Assembly (NCBI GenBank): GCA_946402945.1
Contig: CAMIYB010000001.1
Coordinates: 65,427 to 129,426, forward strand
From: an uncultured Bacteroidales bacterium
Lineage (GTDB): Bacteria > Bacteroidota > Bacteroidia > Bacteroidales > UBA932
Direction: 5' to 3'
Length of the DNA stretch: 64,000 bases
Made by a program: the position numbers and the translations under genes. Shown here piece by piece: positions 18,688 through 26,635 of the stretch. Numbering within the stretch: the first letter of the stretch is position 1; the number at the start of each line of letters is the position of its first letter. The notes under the pieces were generated by a model. It saw only the letters and a program-made list of their open reading frames with translations. It made no database searches and had not been told where the DNA came from.

Positions 18688-19236
18688 CTATCTCTCGGAC
18701 CAGCTCTTGAGGTCGAAGAACATCAGCACGGTCTCGTCATCTTCCTTGGGGTCAGAAAGACGGGTGAACCCACACTTGGTATAAAACGGCTCCGCCTCAC
18801 GAAGAGCATCGACAGTGATATAACGGCAGCCGGACTTCCTCTCCTTGTAGTACCAGGTCTGGATGAAGAAGAGAATGTCTTTTCCGATTCCGGAACGCTG
18901 CTCCTGGCCATCCACAGCAAAACGACCAATCTTCAACGCCGGATAGGATGACCTCCTCTTGGCATTGGGAATCTTCCGCGAAAGACGGTTCCAAACCTTG
19001 GACTCGATGAATTCACGGTCTATCTTGTCGTTGAGGATGCTGAAATAAGCAAGGATATTTTCAGTTGCGTCATCCGTAGCGACATACGTCACGGCAAGGA
19101 ACTCTTTATCATAGAGCGTCGCATTGGGTGTATCGCCGTCGGTTTCCAACAAAAAACCGTTCAGGTCGGCAACGCCGCAGTCGAACGGTTTTATGACATC
19201 ATTTTCCGGCTGAAACTTGCGGATGGTATAACTCAT
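18688..19236 (-). CDS. GNAT N-acetyltransferase, TacT/AtaT-like putative toxin
   Basis: FDCG..DLN.FL, YPALKIGRFAVD, QRSGIG (acetyl-CoA loop) and GCRYITVDA...FY..CGF. Confidence 0.85.
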   Translation of the reverse strand: MSYTIRKFQPENDVIKPFDCGVADLNGFLLETDGDTPNATLYDKEFLAVTYVATDDATENILAYFSILNDKIDREFIESKVWNRLSRKIPNAKRRSSYPALKIGRFAVDGQEQRSGIGKDILFFIQTWYYKERKSGCRYITVDALREAEPFYTKCGFTRLSDPKEDDETVLMFFDLKSWSER

Positions 19237-19391
19237 AGCGCGAAGGAGACTTTCTTGCTGAGTCTTTCGTAAGCCTCCAGCCGTTCTGCTCGCTCCTCCT
19301 CAGTCAGAGGAACGACATCCTGGGCCGCCATTTCGAAGCGGTAGGCATCCTCGTCATAGAGGACGGGCGTTTCTTTGATTGGTTTTGCCAT
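19233..19391 (-). CDS. 52-aa small protein, putative antitoxin (not in the ORF track)
   Basis: MAKPIKETPVLYDEDAYRFEMAAQDVVPLTEEERAERLEAYERLSKKVSFAL. Its TGA overlaps the GNAT ATG (ATGA); AAGGAG upstream. Confidence 0.8.
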   Translation of the reverse strand: MAKPIKETPVLYDEDAYRFEMAAQDVVPLTEEERAERLEAYERLSKKVSFAL

Positions 19392-19417
19392 AATTCGTTT
19401 CTCCTTTTTCTTTTGTA

Positions 19418-19454
19418 TCCCCGCTCTATAGATGCGGGGAACGATGCAAATGTA
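19418..19454 (-). promoter_or_regulatory. Promoter (TACATTTG, 19447-19454) and leader palindrome TCCCCGC/GCGGGGA for the small-ORF-GNAT pair
   Basis: Consensus -7 element followed by a 7-bp GC stem at 19418-19440. Confidence 0.6.
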
Positions 19455-19546
19455 ACATTTTTTCTTTATAGCATTGCAAAAATTATGCGATTATAGTTTT
19501 TGAATTCGTCAATAAGTCCTTGACGATTGTTATTTTCTTCTTACCC

Positions 19547-19612
19547 TGGCATTTCTGACATTATTGGCATTTTGGGGATGTGCCGAAAGTGCCAAAAGTG
19601 CCAGTTGTGCCT
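19547..19612. repeat. Inverted array of 9-bp-period TGGCA/TGCCA motifs
   Basis: TGGCA, TGACA, TGGCA at 19547, 19556, 19565, then TGCC(G/A/A/T) at 19581, 19590, 19599, 19608. Confidence 0.7.
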
Positions 19613-19808
19613 TTACCCTTGCACGACCATGTTGACTGTGTCTGTGGCCTGTTTTTGTTATTTGTGATTATTTCTTTATATTTGCCACTACTCACTTCAC
19701 GATCCCTGCTCCCGTCCCGTTGAGTCCTAATTCGCCGCTTAAGATGGATCCACGCTGGTTCCTTTCAATTCATATGGAACCCGAGGATGATGATGTTTTT
19801 CTTCGTGA

Positions 19809-20050
19809 ATGATGCTTTCGTCACGCGCTCATATTCTGGCGATTCTGATAATTATGTCCTTGGGCACGGCGGTATGCCGGGCCCAGACTTTTTCCGGTTT
19901 CGTCTCAAGCAAGAATGTTGAAGCGCCGGAAAAAATAGAAGCTGTCGCCGGAGCGTTGGTCATGGTAACGACGGCGTCAGGCTGCTCAAAAACAGGCAAC
20001 TGGAACTGAGTGCATCCGCTTACGACCTGCTGAATCGCAGGTCCGCTATT
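19809..20050 (+). pseudogene. Remnant of an outer-membrane beta-barrel (TonB-receptor-like) gene with a large internal deletion
   Basis: Signal peptide plus QTFSGFV...VAGALVMV (carboxypeptidase-regulatory-like start). Another frame from 19973 reads GVRLLKNRQLELSASAYDLLNR, resembling barrel C-terminal strands. TATATTTG promoter at 19677. Confidence 0.55.
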
Positions 20051-20114
20051 CCGGTTCGGTCCCTCGGCTTGGTGAAGACCCGGAACCTGTGGCGAGATAC
20101 CGCTGAGCCAGCCG

Positions 20115-20483
20115 TTACTTCAGAAAAACGAAGAAGACGGCCAGGACCAGGCAGGCGAAGGCGGCCAGGTGGTTCCACTGGACGGGTTGGCCCTTGAAGA
20201 CGAAAAGGACGATGAGGGAGAAGACCGTCAGGGAGATAACCTCCTGGATGACTTTGAGTTGCATCAGGTTGAAGGGGCCGCCGTTGCCGGCGAAGCCGAG
20301 GCGGTTGGCGGGGACTGTCAGGCAGTACTCGAAAAAGGCGATGCCCCATGAAAACAGGATGACCGCGATGAGGGGCCATCCTGTGGAGATTTTCATTTCA
20401 CTGAGTTTCAGATGCCCGTACCAGGCGAAGGTCATGAAGACGTTCGAGCAGATCAGCATCACGATAGTCCAAAAGCCTTGCAT
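20115..20483 (-). CDS. DMT family small membrane protein (DUF486)
   Basis: SNVFMTFAWYGHLK, SWGIAFFEY..VPANR, QLKVIQEVISL. Confidence 0.9.
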   Translation of the reverse strand: MQGFWTIVMLICSNVFMTFAWYGHLKLSEMKISTGWPLIAVILFSWGIAFFEYCLTVPANRLGFAGNGGPFNLMQLKVIQEVISLTVFSLIVLFVFKGQPVQWNHLAAFACLVLAVFFVFLK

Positions 20484-20496
20484 AGCGTTTGAAAAT

Positions 20497-20847
20497 TTAA
20501 TCGGCAGGTACTTCTATTTCTTTGATTTCCACCTCATTGCCACGCAGGAGCCAGGTGTTTACGCTGCCGCAGTGGGGACAGGTTTTGCCATGGGCGACCG
20601 TGCCGAATTCTTTCCCGCAGTCCCCGCAGTAGGAGACTGCGGGGACGGGAAGGATCTTGAGTTGGCAGCCTTTGAGCAGCGGCTCCTTGTCAGCGGCCCA
20701 GCGCCAGCAGTCGCCCAGGTAGTCCGGGATGACGGTGGAGACTTCTCCGATGTTCATCACTACGGCGGAAACCTTTTCGACGCCGTTTTCCTCGGCGGCT
20801 TTCTTGACGTCCCGGATGATATAGAAGACGATACCCAGTTCGTGCAT
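20497..20847 (-). CDS. hypA: Nickel metallochaperone HypA
   Basis: N-terminal MHE Ni site, IGEVS, and two CxxC (CGDC, CPHC). Confidence 0.93.
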   Translation of the reverse strand: MHELGIVFYIIRDVKKAAEENGVEKVSAVVMNIGEVSTVIPDYLGDCWRWAADKEPLLKGCQLKILPVPAVSYCGDCGKEFGTVAHGKTCPHCGSVNTWLLRGNEVEIKEIEVPAD

Positions 20848-20852
20848 GGGGC

Positions 20853-23678
20853 CTATTTCCGCTTAAAGAGGATCTTGCCGGTCCGTTTGACCATGTAGGG
20901 CAGGATGCCGCCGAACTTGTCCTCGGAGGTGCGCATGACGCTCGCTTCGGGGTGGACGCGGTGGAGGTGGATGGCGTCGAAACCGCACTTGGTGGTGCAG
21001 ACGCCGCAGCCGATGCACTTGTTCTCATCCACGACGGAGGCGCCGCAACCCAGGCAGCGGGCGGTCTCCCTGCGCACCTGCTCCTCGGTGAGGGTGAGGT
21101 GGTATTCGCGGAAGGGATCCTCCTGCGGGGCCTCGCCGGGCACCTGGCGGGAAGAATTGTCATAGGATTCCACGACGATGTCCTGCTTGTTGAGTTCGAT
21201 GAAGTCGCGGCGGTTGCGGCCGATGGTCATGTGGCCGTGCTGGACGAAGCGGTGGAGCGACTCGGCGGCCTCTTTGCCGGCGGCGATGGCGTCGATGGCG
21301 AACTTCGGACCCGAGTAGCAGTCGCCGCCCACGAAGATGTCGGGCTCGGCGGTCTGGTAGGTCAGTTTGTCGGCGACGGGATAGACGCCGCGGAAGAATT
21401 CGACCTTCGTATCTTTGAGCAGGTCGCCCAGGAGGACCGTCTGGCCGATGGCGAAGACGACCAGGTCGGCGTCGAGGGTAATCAGTTCATTCTCATCGTA
21501 TTTCGGGGCGAAACGATGGTTCTCGTCGAAGACGGAGGTGCACTTCTTGAAGACGATGCCGCTGACGCCCTCGCTGCCGAGGACCTCCTTCGGGCCCCAG
21601 CCGGGTTTGATCTCCACGCCGTCCTCGCGGGCCTCGCGGCGTTCCTCGAGGGAGGCGGGCATGATGTCTTCGGTCTCGAGCGAGAGCATCGTCACGGACG
21701 AGGCGCCGCTGCGCTTGGCCACGCGGGCCGCGTCGATGGCGACATTGCCGCCGCCCACGACCACGACCTTGCCGGATACCTTGACCTTGCCGGTGTTGGC
21801 CTCGCGGAGGAAATCGATGGCGGTGGTGGTGCCGGGGAGGGTCTCGCCGGGAATGCCGGGCAGGCGTCCGCCCTGGCAGCCGATGGCTACGTAGAAGCCC
21901 TTGTAACCCTCTTCGCGGAGTTGGGCGAGGGTGACGTCCTTGCCGACCTGGACGCCGGTGCGGATCTCCACGCCGATCTCGCGCATGATGTCGATTTCGG
22001 CGGCGATGACCTCTTTCTCCAGTTTATAGGAAGGAATGCCGTAGCGGAGCATGCCGCCGGGCTCGGCGTTCTTTTCGAAAACGGTCGGCTTGTAGCCCAT
22101 GGCGGCCAGGTAGTAGGCGCAGCTCAGGCCGGCGGGGCCGCCGCCGATGATAGCGATCTTCTCCTCCCAGCGCTCCTGTACGCTGGAGGCGATGTTGACC
22201 GGGGGGACGAAGCGGGTTTCGGCCTTGAGGTCCTGCTCGGCGATAAATTTCTTGACGGCGTCGATGGCGATGGGCTGGTCGATGGTGCCGCGCGTACAGG
22301 CGTCCTCGCAGCGGCGGTTGCAGATGCGTCCGCAGACGGCGGGGAAGGGGTTTTCGCGCTTGATCAGTTCGAGCGCCTCGCGATATTTGCCCTCGGCGGC
22401 CTTCTTCAGGTAGCCCTGGACGGCGATATGGGCCGGGCAGGCCGTCTTGCACGGGGAGGTGCCGGTGTCGTAGCAGTTGATGCGGTTGCGGTCGCGGTAG
22501 TCTTCCGTCCATTTCTCCGGCCCCCACTTGGTCTCGTCGGGCAGTTCGTGCTTGGGATACTGTACGGGGCCGTTTTTGGTGCAGAGTTTCTGGCCCAGCC
22601 GTACGGCGCCGGCCGGGCAGTATTCGACGCAGCGGCCGCAGGCGACGCAGTTTTTCGGATCGACCTCGGCGACATAGGCGCTGCGGGACATGTTCGGGGT
22701 GTTGAACAGTTGGGAGGTGCGCAGGGCGTTGCAAATCTTGACGTTGCAGTTGCAGATGGCGAAAATCTTGCCTTCTCCGTCGATGTTGGTGATCTGGTGG
22801 ACGAAGCCGTTGTCCTCGGCGATCTGCAGGATCTTCATGCATTCGTCGCGGGTGATGTAGTGGCCCCGCTTGGTCTCGACCAGGTATTCGGCCATGTCGC
22901 CCACGCCGATGCACCAGTCGCGGTAATCGTCGGCGCAGCCCTCGTCGAGTTTCTTTCGGCCGTAGCGGCAGGAACAGATACCTACGGCCAGATGGCCTTC
23001 ATAGCGTTTGAGCCAGTAGGAAATGTGCTCGATATCAATGGATTCGTTTTCCATGGAAATGGCCTTCTCCACCGGGATGACGTGCATGCCGATGCCCGAG
23101 CCGCCCATCGGGACGCTCGGGGTGATCTTCTCCAGGGGGAGGAAGGTCATCCGCTCGAAGAACATGGCCAGTTCGGGATGCTTGTCCATGAGTTCGACGT
23201 TCATGTTGGTGTATTCGGCGCTGCCCGGGACGAACATCGGCACCCAATAGACGCGGTCGCTCCGCTCGTGGGTAGTGCCGGGGACGGGTCCGTCCTTGGT
23301 GTATTTGTCGCCGTAGTCGAACTCCAGCATGCCGAAGACGCCGAGTTTGTCCAGCAGGTCGTCGAAGGCCTCTTCCGTGGAGGCATAGTGCTTCTGGCGG
23401 TTGAGTTCATGCAACTGCGCGTAGGTCCAGTGCTTGCGGACCTTGAAGGGACTGCCCGGGAGCATGTCCAGCAGCAGGTCGAGGGAGGCCTCGCGGGTGA
23501 TGGGGTCCATCTCGTCCTCGAAGATGCAGGCCAGGCCCCAGTACTCCGGGGCTTCGGTGGTCATCTTGATCTTGCCGGGGATGCGGTCCGTGACGTGGCG
23601 GACCAGTTTAATGAGTTTCGGATTGGGGTTTTTGTCGCCAAAATGTTTCGGGACAAATTTTTTGGACATTTCGGGCAT
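20853..23678 (-). CDS. Large Fe-S flavoprotein: Cys-rich N-domain, ferredoxin, GltD/SudA-like FAD/NAD(P)H module, C-terminal ferredoxin
   Basis: CSCR..., ICNCNVKIC, CVACGRCVEYCP, CKTACP, CGRICNRRCEDAC, GGGPAG, GGGNVA, RCLGC and CIGCGVCTTKC. Confidence 0.9.
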   Translation of the reverse strand: MPEMSKKFVPKHFGDKNPNPKLIKLVRHVTDRIPGKIKMTTEAPEYWGLACIFEDEMDPITREASLDLLLDMLPGSPFKVRKHWTYAQLHELNRQKHYASTEEAFDDLLDKLGVFGMLEFDYGDKYTKDGPVPGTTHERSDRVYWVPMFVPGSAEYTNMNVELMDKHPELAMFFERMTFLPLEKITPSVPMGGSGIGMHVIPVEKAISMENESIDIEHISYWLKRYEGHLAVGICSCRYGRKKLDEGCADDYRDWCIGVGDMAEYLVETKRGHYITRDECMKILQIAEDNGFVHQITNIDGEGKIFAICNCNVKICNALRTSQLFNTPNMSRSAYVAEVDPKNCVACGRCVEYCPAGAVRLGQKLCTKNGPVQYPKHELPDETKWGPEKWTEDYRDRNRINCYDTGTSPCKTACPAHIAVQGYLKKAAEGKYREALELIKRENPFPAVCGRICNRRCEDACTRGTIDQPIAIDAVKKFIAEQDLKAETRFVPPVNIASSVQERWEEKIAIIGGGPAGLSCAYYLAAMGYKPTVFEKNAEPGGMLRYGIPSYKLEKEVIAAEIDIMREIGVEIRTGVQVGKDVTLAQLREEGYKGFYVAIGCQGGRLPGIPGETLPGTTTAIDFLREANTGKVKVSGKVVVVGGGNVAIDAARVAKRSGASSVTMLSLETEDIMPASLEERREAREDGVEIKPGWGPKEVLGSEGVSGIVFKKCTSVFDENHRFAPKYDENELITLDADLVVFAIGQTVLLGDLLKDTKVEFFRGVYPVADKLTYQTAEPDIFVGGDCYSGPKFAIDAIAAGKEAAESLHRFVQHGHMTIGRNRRDFIELNKQDIVVESYDNSSRQVPGEAPQEDPFREYHLTLTEEQVRRETARCLGCGASVVDENKCIGCGVCTTKCGFDAIHLHRVHPEASVMRTSEDKFGGILPYMVKRTGKILFKRK

Positions 23679-23693
23679 GGAAGGATGAGCGTT

Positions 23694-24365
23694 TTAGTGT
23701 TTCCAAAGATGAATCTGTTCGAGGAGCCAGTCGGCGAAGGCCTCCACGCCTTCGCCCGTCCGGGCGCAGATGGGGATGACACGTGCCTTGGGATTGCGCA
23801 TGCGGATATATTCCCGGCACTTGTCCGGATTGAAATCGAAATAGGGGAGGACGTCGGTCTTGTTGATCAGGACCAGGTCGCAGACCGAGAACATCAGGGG
23901 GTATTTCAGGGGCTTGTCGTCCCCCTCGGGGACGGAGAGGATCATGGCGTTGGCCACGGCGCCGGTGTCGAACTCGGCGGGGCAGACGAGGTTGCCGACA
24001 TTTTCGAGGATGACGAGGTCCGTCTCTTCGAGAGAGAGGTTGTCGAGGCCCTGGCGGGTCATTTCGGCGTCGAGATGGCACATGCCGCCCGTATGGAGCT
24101 GGATGGAGGGGATGCCGGTGGCCCGGCGGATCTTGACGGCGTCGACGTCGGAGTCGATATCGGCTTCCATCACCGCCACGCGGACTTTGTCCTTGAGCAG
24201 GTTCAGCGTCCGGATCAGCGTCGTGGTCTTGCCGCTGCCGGGCGAACTCATCAGGTTGAGCAGGAAGACGCCCTTGGTTTTCAACTCTTTGCGGAGGGCA
24301 TCCGCATCCTGTTGGTTGTCGGCGAAGACGCTTTTCTTGATTTCGATGACTTTTACTTCGTCCAT
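23694..24365 (-). CDS. hypB: Nickel incorporation GTPase HypB
   Basis: Start MDEVKV at 24365; SSPGSGKTT, CHLDA, ENVGNLVCPAEFD, EGDDKPLKYP, NKTD. Confidence 0.95.
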   Translation of the reverse strand: MDEVKVIEIKKSVFADNQQDADALRKELKTKGVFLLNLMSSPGSGKTTTLIRTLNLLKDKVRVAVMEADIDSDVDAVKIRRATGIPSIQLHTGGMCHLDAEMTRQGLDNLSLEETDLVILENVGNLVCPAEFDTGAVANAMILSVPEGDDKPLKYPLMFSVCDLVLINKTDVLPYFDFNPDKCREYIRMRNPKARVIPICARTGEGVEAFADWLLEQIHLWKH

Positions 24366-24597
24366 AGGTTTTTCAGGGAAGGGGCCGAAAGCCCCAAAAT
24401 CGCTGCAATTTACGCATTTTGTCGCTTTTTGCCAAATAAAACGGACTCGTTTTTTTTCTTCCTTTCCCGGGCGTTGGCATCCCTCAAAAAATTGGTGCTT
24501 TTTCTTTGAAAAAACGTTTTGATATTGTAAATTCGCATAATGTTTTGTCCGGATTTGGGCAGAATATTGACCAAGTAACCATGTAATTTCAAACGCT

Positions 24598-25968
24598 ATG
24601 AAACGAGTTATGCTTATCGCGTCGCTTGTGCTGCTGCCGCTCTTTTCCTCAGTGGCCCAGGAGACCCAAAAATTCAACCAGTACGGCGTGGCGGTCACTT
24701 CCGACCGGCTTGACGTGGAAGCCCAGGACGGTATCCTGGTCCTTTCTTCGCCCAACACCCGTTACAAACTCTGGTTCGATATCCGCGTCCAGGCCGACGG
24801 CGCCGCGTTCTTCGGGGCCCCTTCCTGGGCTGACAAGATCGGTACCGGCGTCCAGATCCGCCGCGCCCGCTTCGCCGTCAAGGGCCAGATCGACGAGAAC
24901 TGGTACGGCGAGTTCGACATGGACCTGGCCAACGGCCTGGTCGAACTCAAGGACGCCATCGTCCGCTACACCGGCGTCCCCAACCTGGATATCCAGGTCG
25001 GTAACTTCAAGGAGAATTTCTCCATCCAGCGCAACACCACCTCCCGCTACCTGATGTTCATGGAGCGCCCGATGGTCTGCTCGGCCCTCACGCCGTCCCG
25101 CCACCTGGGCTTCAACGTCAAGTATGCCAAGGACTGGATCTGGGCTTCCGCCGGTATCTTCGGTCCGGAATTCGCCGGCGCCGAGGAATGGACCAACATC
25201 GCCGACAACAACAAGGACTACGGCCGTCCCTGCGGCTATTCCCTGACGGCCAAGACCGTCTTCCGTCCGCTCTACCAGCTGGACAACGCCAGCCTCCACA
25301 TCGGTCTGGCCTATTCCTACCGTACCCCGCTCGCCAGCGAGGCCACCGGTGACTGGGGCTCCTTCCGCGCCAGTTGCCGCAACTCCACCAGCATCAACCG
25401 CAAGAAGTACATCGATACGAACCTGGTCCCGAACTATGACCACAGCCACCTCTTCACCGCCGAACTCGCCGGCCACTGGGAGGGCCTGCGCTATGAGGCC
25501 GCCTACATCGGCAACGTGGCCCAGTTCAAGGACGGCGCCTCGAAGTATTTCAGCGGCTGGTATGTCCAGGCGGGCTACCTCCTCTTCGGCGGCAAGCAGC
25601 GCTATGACTCCAAAGGCGCCAAGTACACCAAGGTGGAACGCGGCCGGAAGTGGGGCGACATCGAACTCTGCGGCCGTGTCGAGACGGTGGACCTGAACGC
25701 CGACAAGGCCCTGGCCCCCAACCTGCAGAAGGTCATGGGCGGTTCCGCCATGGCCTACACCCTCGGCATCAACTACTATGTCAACAACAACGTCAAGTTC
25801 CAGTTGAACTACCAGTTCAACGACAATGACCGCTTCGCCAACGGGAAGAACAAACTCTTCTCCGGCCTGGACGAAAACGGCGCGCCCACCAAGGATCCTT
25901 ACAAGACCGTTGGCAAGGCCGGCGTGGACTACCACATGGTCAGCCTGCGTTTCGAAATCGATTTTTAA
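24598..25968 (+). CDS. OprO/OprP-family phosphate-selective porin
   Basis: Signal peptide; IRRARF, GNFKENFS...TSRYLMFMERP, SGWYVQAGYLLFG, TLGINYY and terminal Phe. Confidence 0.88.
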   Translation: MKRVMLIASLVLLPLFSSVAQETQKFNQYGVAVTSDRLDVEAQDGILVLSSPNTRYKLWFDIRVQADGAAFFGAPSWADKIGTGVQIRRARFAVKGQIDENWYGEFDMDLANGLVELKDAIVRYTGVPNLDIQVGNFKENFSIQRNTTSRYLMFMERPMVCSALTPSRHLGFNVKYAKDWIWASAGIFGPEFAGAEEWTNIADNNKDYGRPCGYSLTAKTVFRPLYQLDNASLHIGLAYSYRTPLASEATGDWGSFRASCRNSTSINRKKYIDTNLVPNYDHSHLFTAELAGHWEGLRYEAAYIGNVAQFKDGASKYFSGWYVQAGYLLFGGKQRYDSKGAKYTKVERGRKWGDIELCGRVETVDLNADKALAPNLQKVMGGSAMAYTLGINYYVNNNVKFQLNYQFNDNDRFANGKNKLFSGLDENGAPTKDPYKTVGKAGVDYHMVSLRFEIDF

Positions 25969-25998
25969 TCCCATATTTATTATTTAATACAAAGCATT

Positions 25999-26631
25999 AT
26001 GAAAAAGATTTATGCATTTGTGCTTGCGGCCATGACGATCATCGCCTGCAACCCCGACAATGAAGTCAAGAAAGACGGTGGAGACGATACGCCGAAGGAC
26101 ACCGCTCCGGAAATGAAGACCACCGATGCCACCACGGTCTGTATCAACGAAGTATGCGGCGTGAGCGGCTATAAGGGCATCGAGCTGTACAACCCGACGG
26201 ATGCCGAGATTTCCCTGGAGGACTTCACGATTGTCAAGAACAAAGAGGCAGAACCCTGCTGGACGGCTGCCACCGGCGACAAGATCGCGGCCAAAGGCTT
26301 CTTCCTGATCAAGGGAAAGAAGGAGTGTGACAACATCAAGGATCTTGCACAAGGCACCTCAAAAGCCAGTTTCTCTCCCACCAAGTCCCTGATGCTGGAG
26401 CTGAAGAATGCATCCGGCACTGTCATCGATACCTTTGACCGTGGCTGGGCCGTGAACGGCAAGGAGGTGGATCCCGAAAATGAACTGAACCTCGCTACCC
26501 TGACGACCTCCGTCGGCCGCAAGGAAGACGGCAAGGCCGTTTGGAAACTGCTCTCCATGACCATGGGCAAGACCAACGCCGGCGCCGAAGATTCCGGTAA
26601 TGTTCCCGTCGCTGAAGTTCCTGCCCAGTAA
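25999..26631 (+). CDS. Lamin-tail-domain (LTD) lipoprotein
   Basis: Lipobox IIAC; INEV, IELYNPTDAEISLEDF, LKNASGTVID and SVGR..DG...W...TMGKTN are LTD hallmarks. Confidence 0.8.
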   Translation: MKKIYAFVLAAMTIIACNPDNEVKKDGGDDTPKDTAPEMKTTDATTVCINEVCGVSGYKGIELYNPTDAEISLEDFTIVKNKEAEPCWTAATGDKIAAKGFFLIKGKKECDNIKDLAQGTSKASFSPTKSLMLELKNASGTVIDTFDRGWAVNGKEVDPENELNLATLTTSVGRKEDGKAVWKLLSMTMGKTNAGAEDSGNVPVAEVPAQ

Positions 26632-26635
26632 TACC

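Noticed and set aside
18477-20110. Intact integrative element or prophage at tRNA-Asp
   Set aside because: No integrase and no direct repeat of the tRNA 3' end were found; only relic features are present.
20497-24365. [NiFe]- or [FeFe]-hydrogenase operon
   Set aside because: No large-subunit RxCGxC/DPCxxC motifs, no H-cluster motifs and no hypCDEF or hydEFG in the window.
20952-24509. 1185-aa plus-strand ORF
   Set aside because: Shadow of the Fe-S flavoprotein and hypB.
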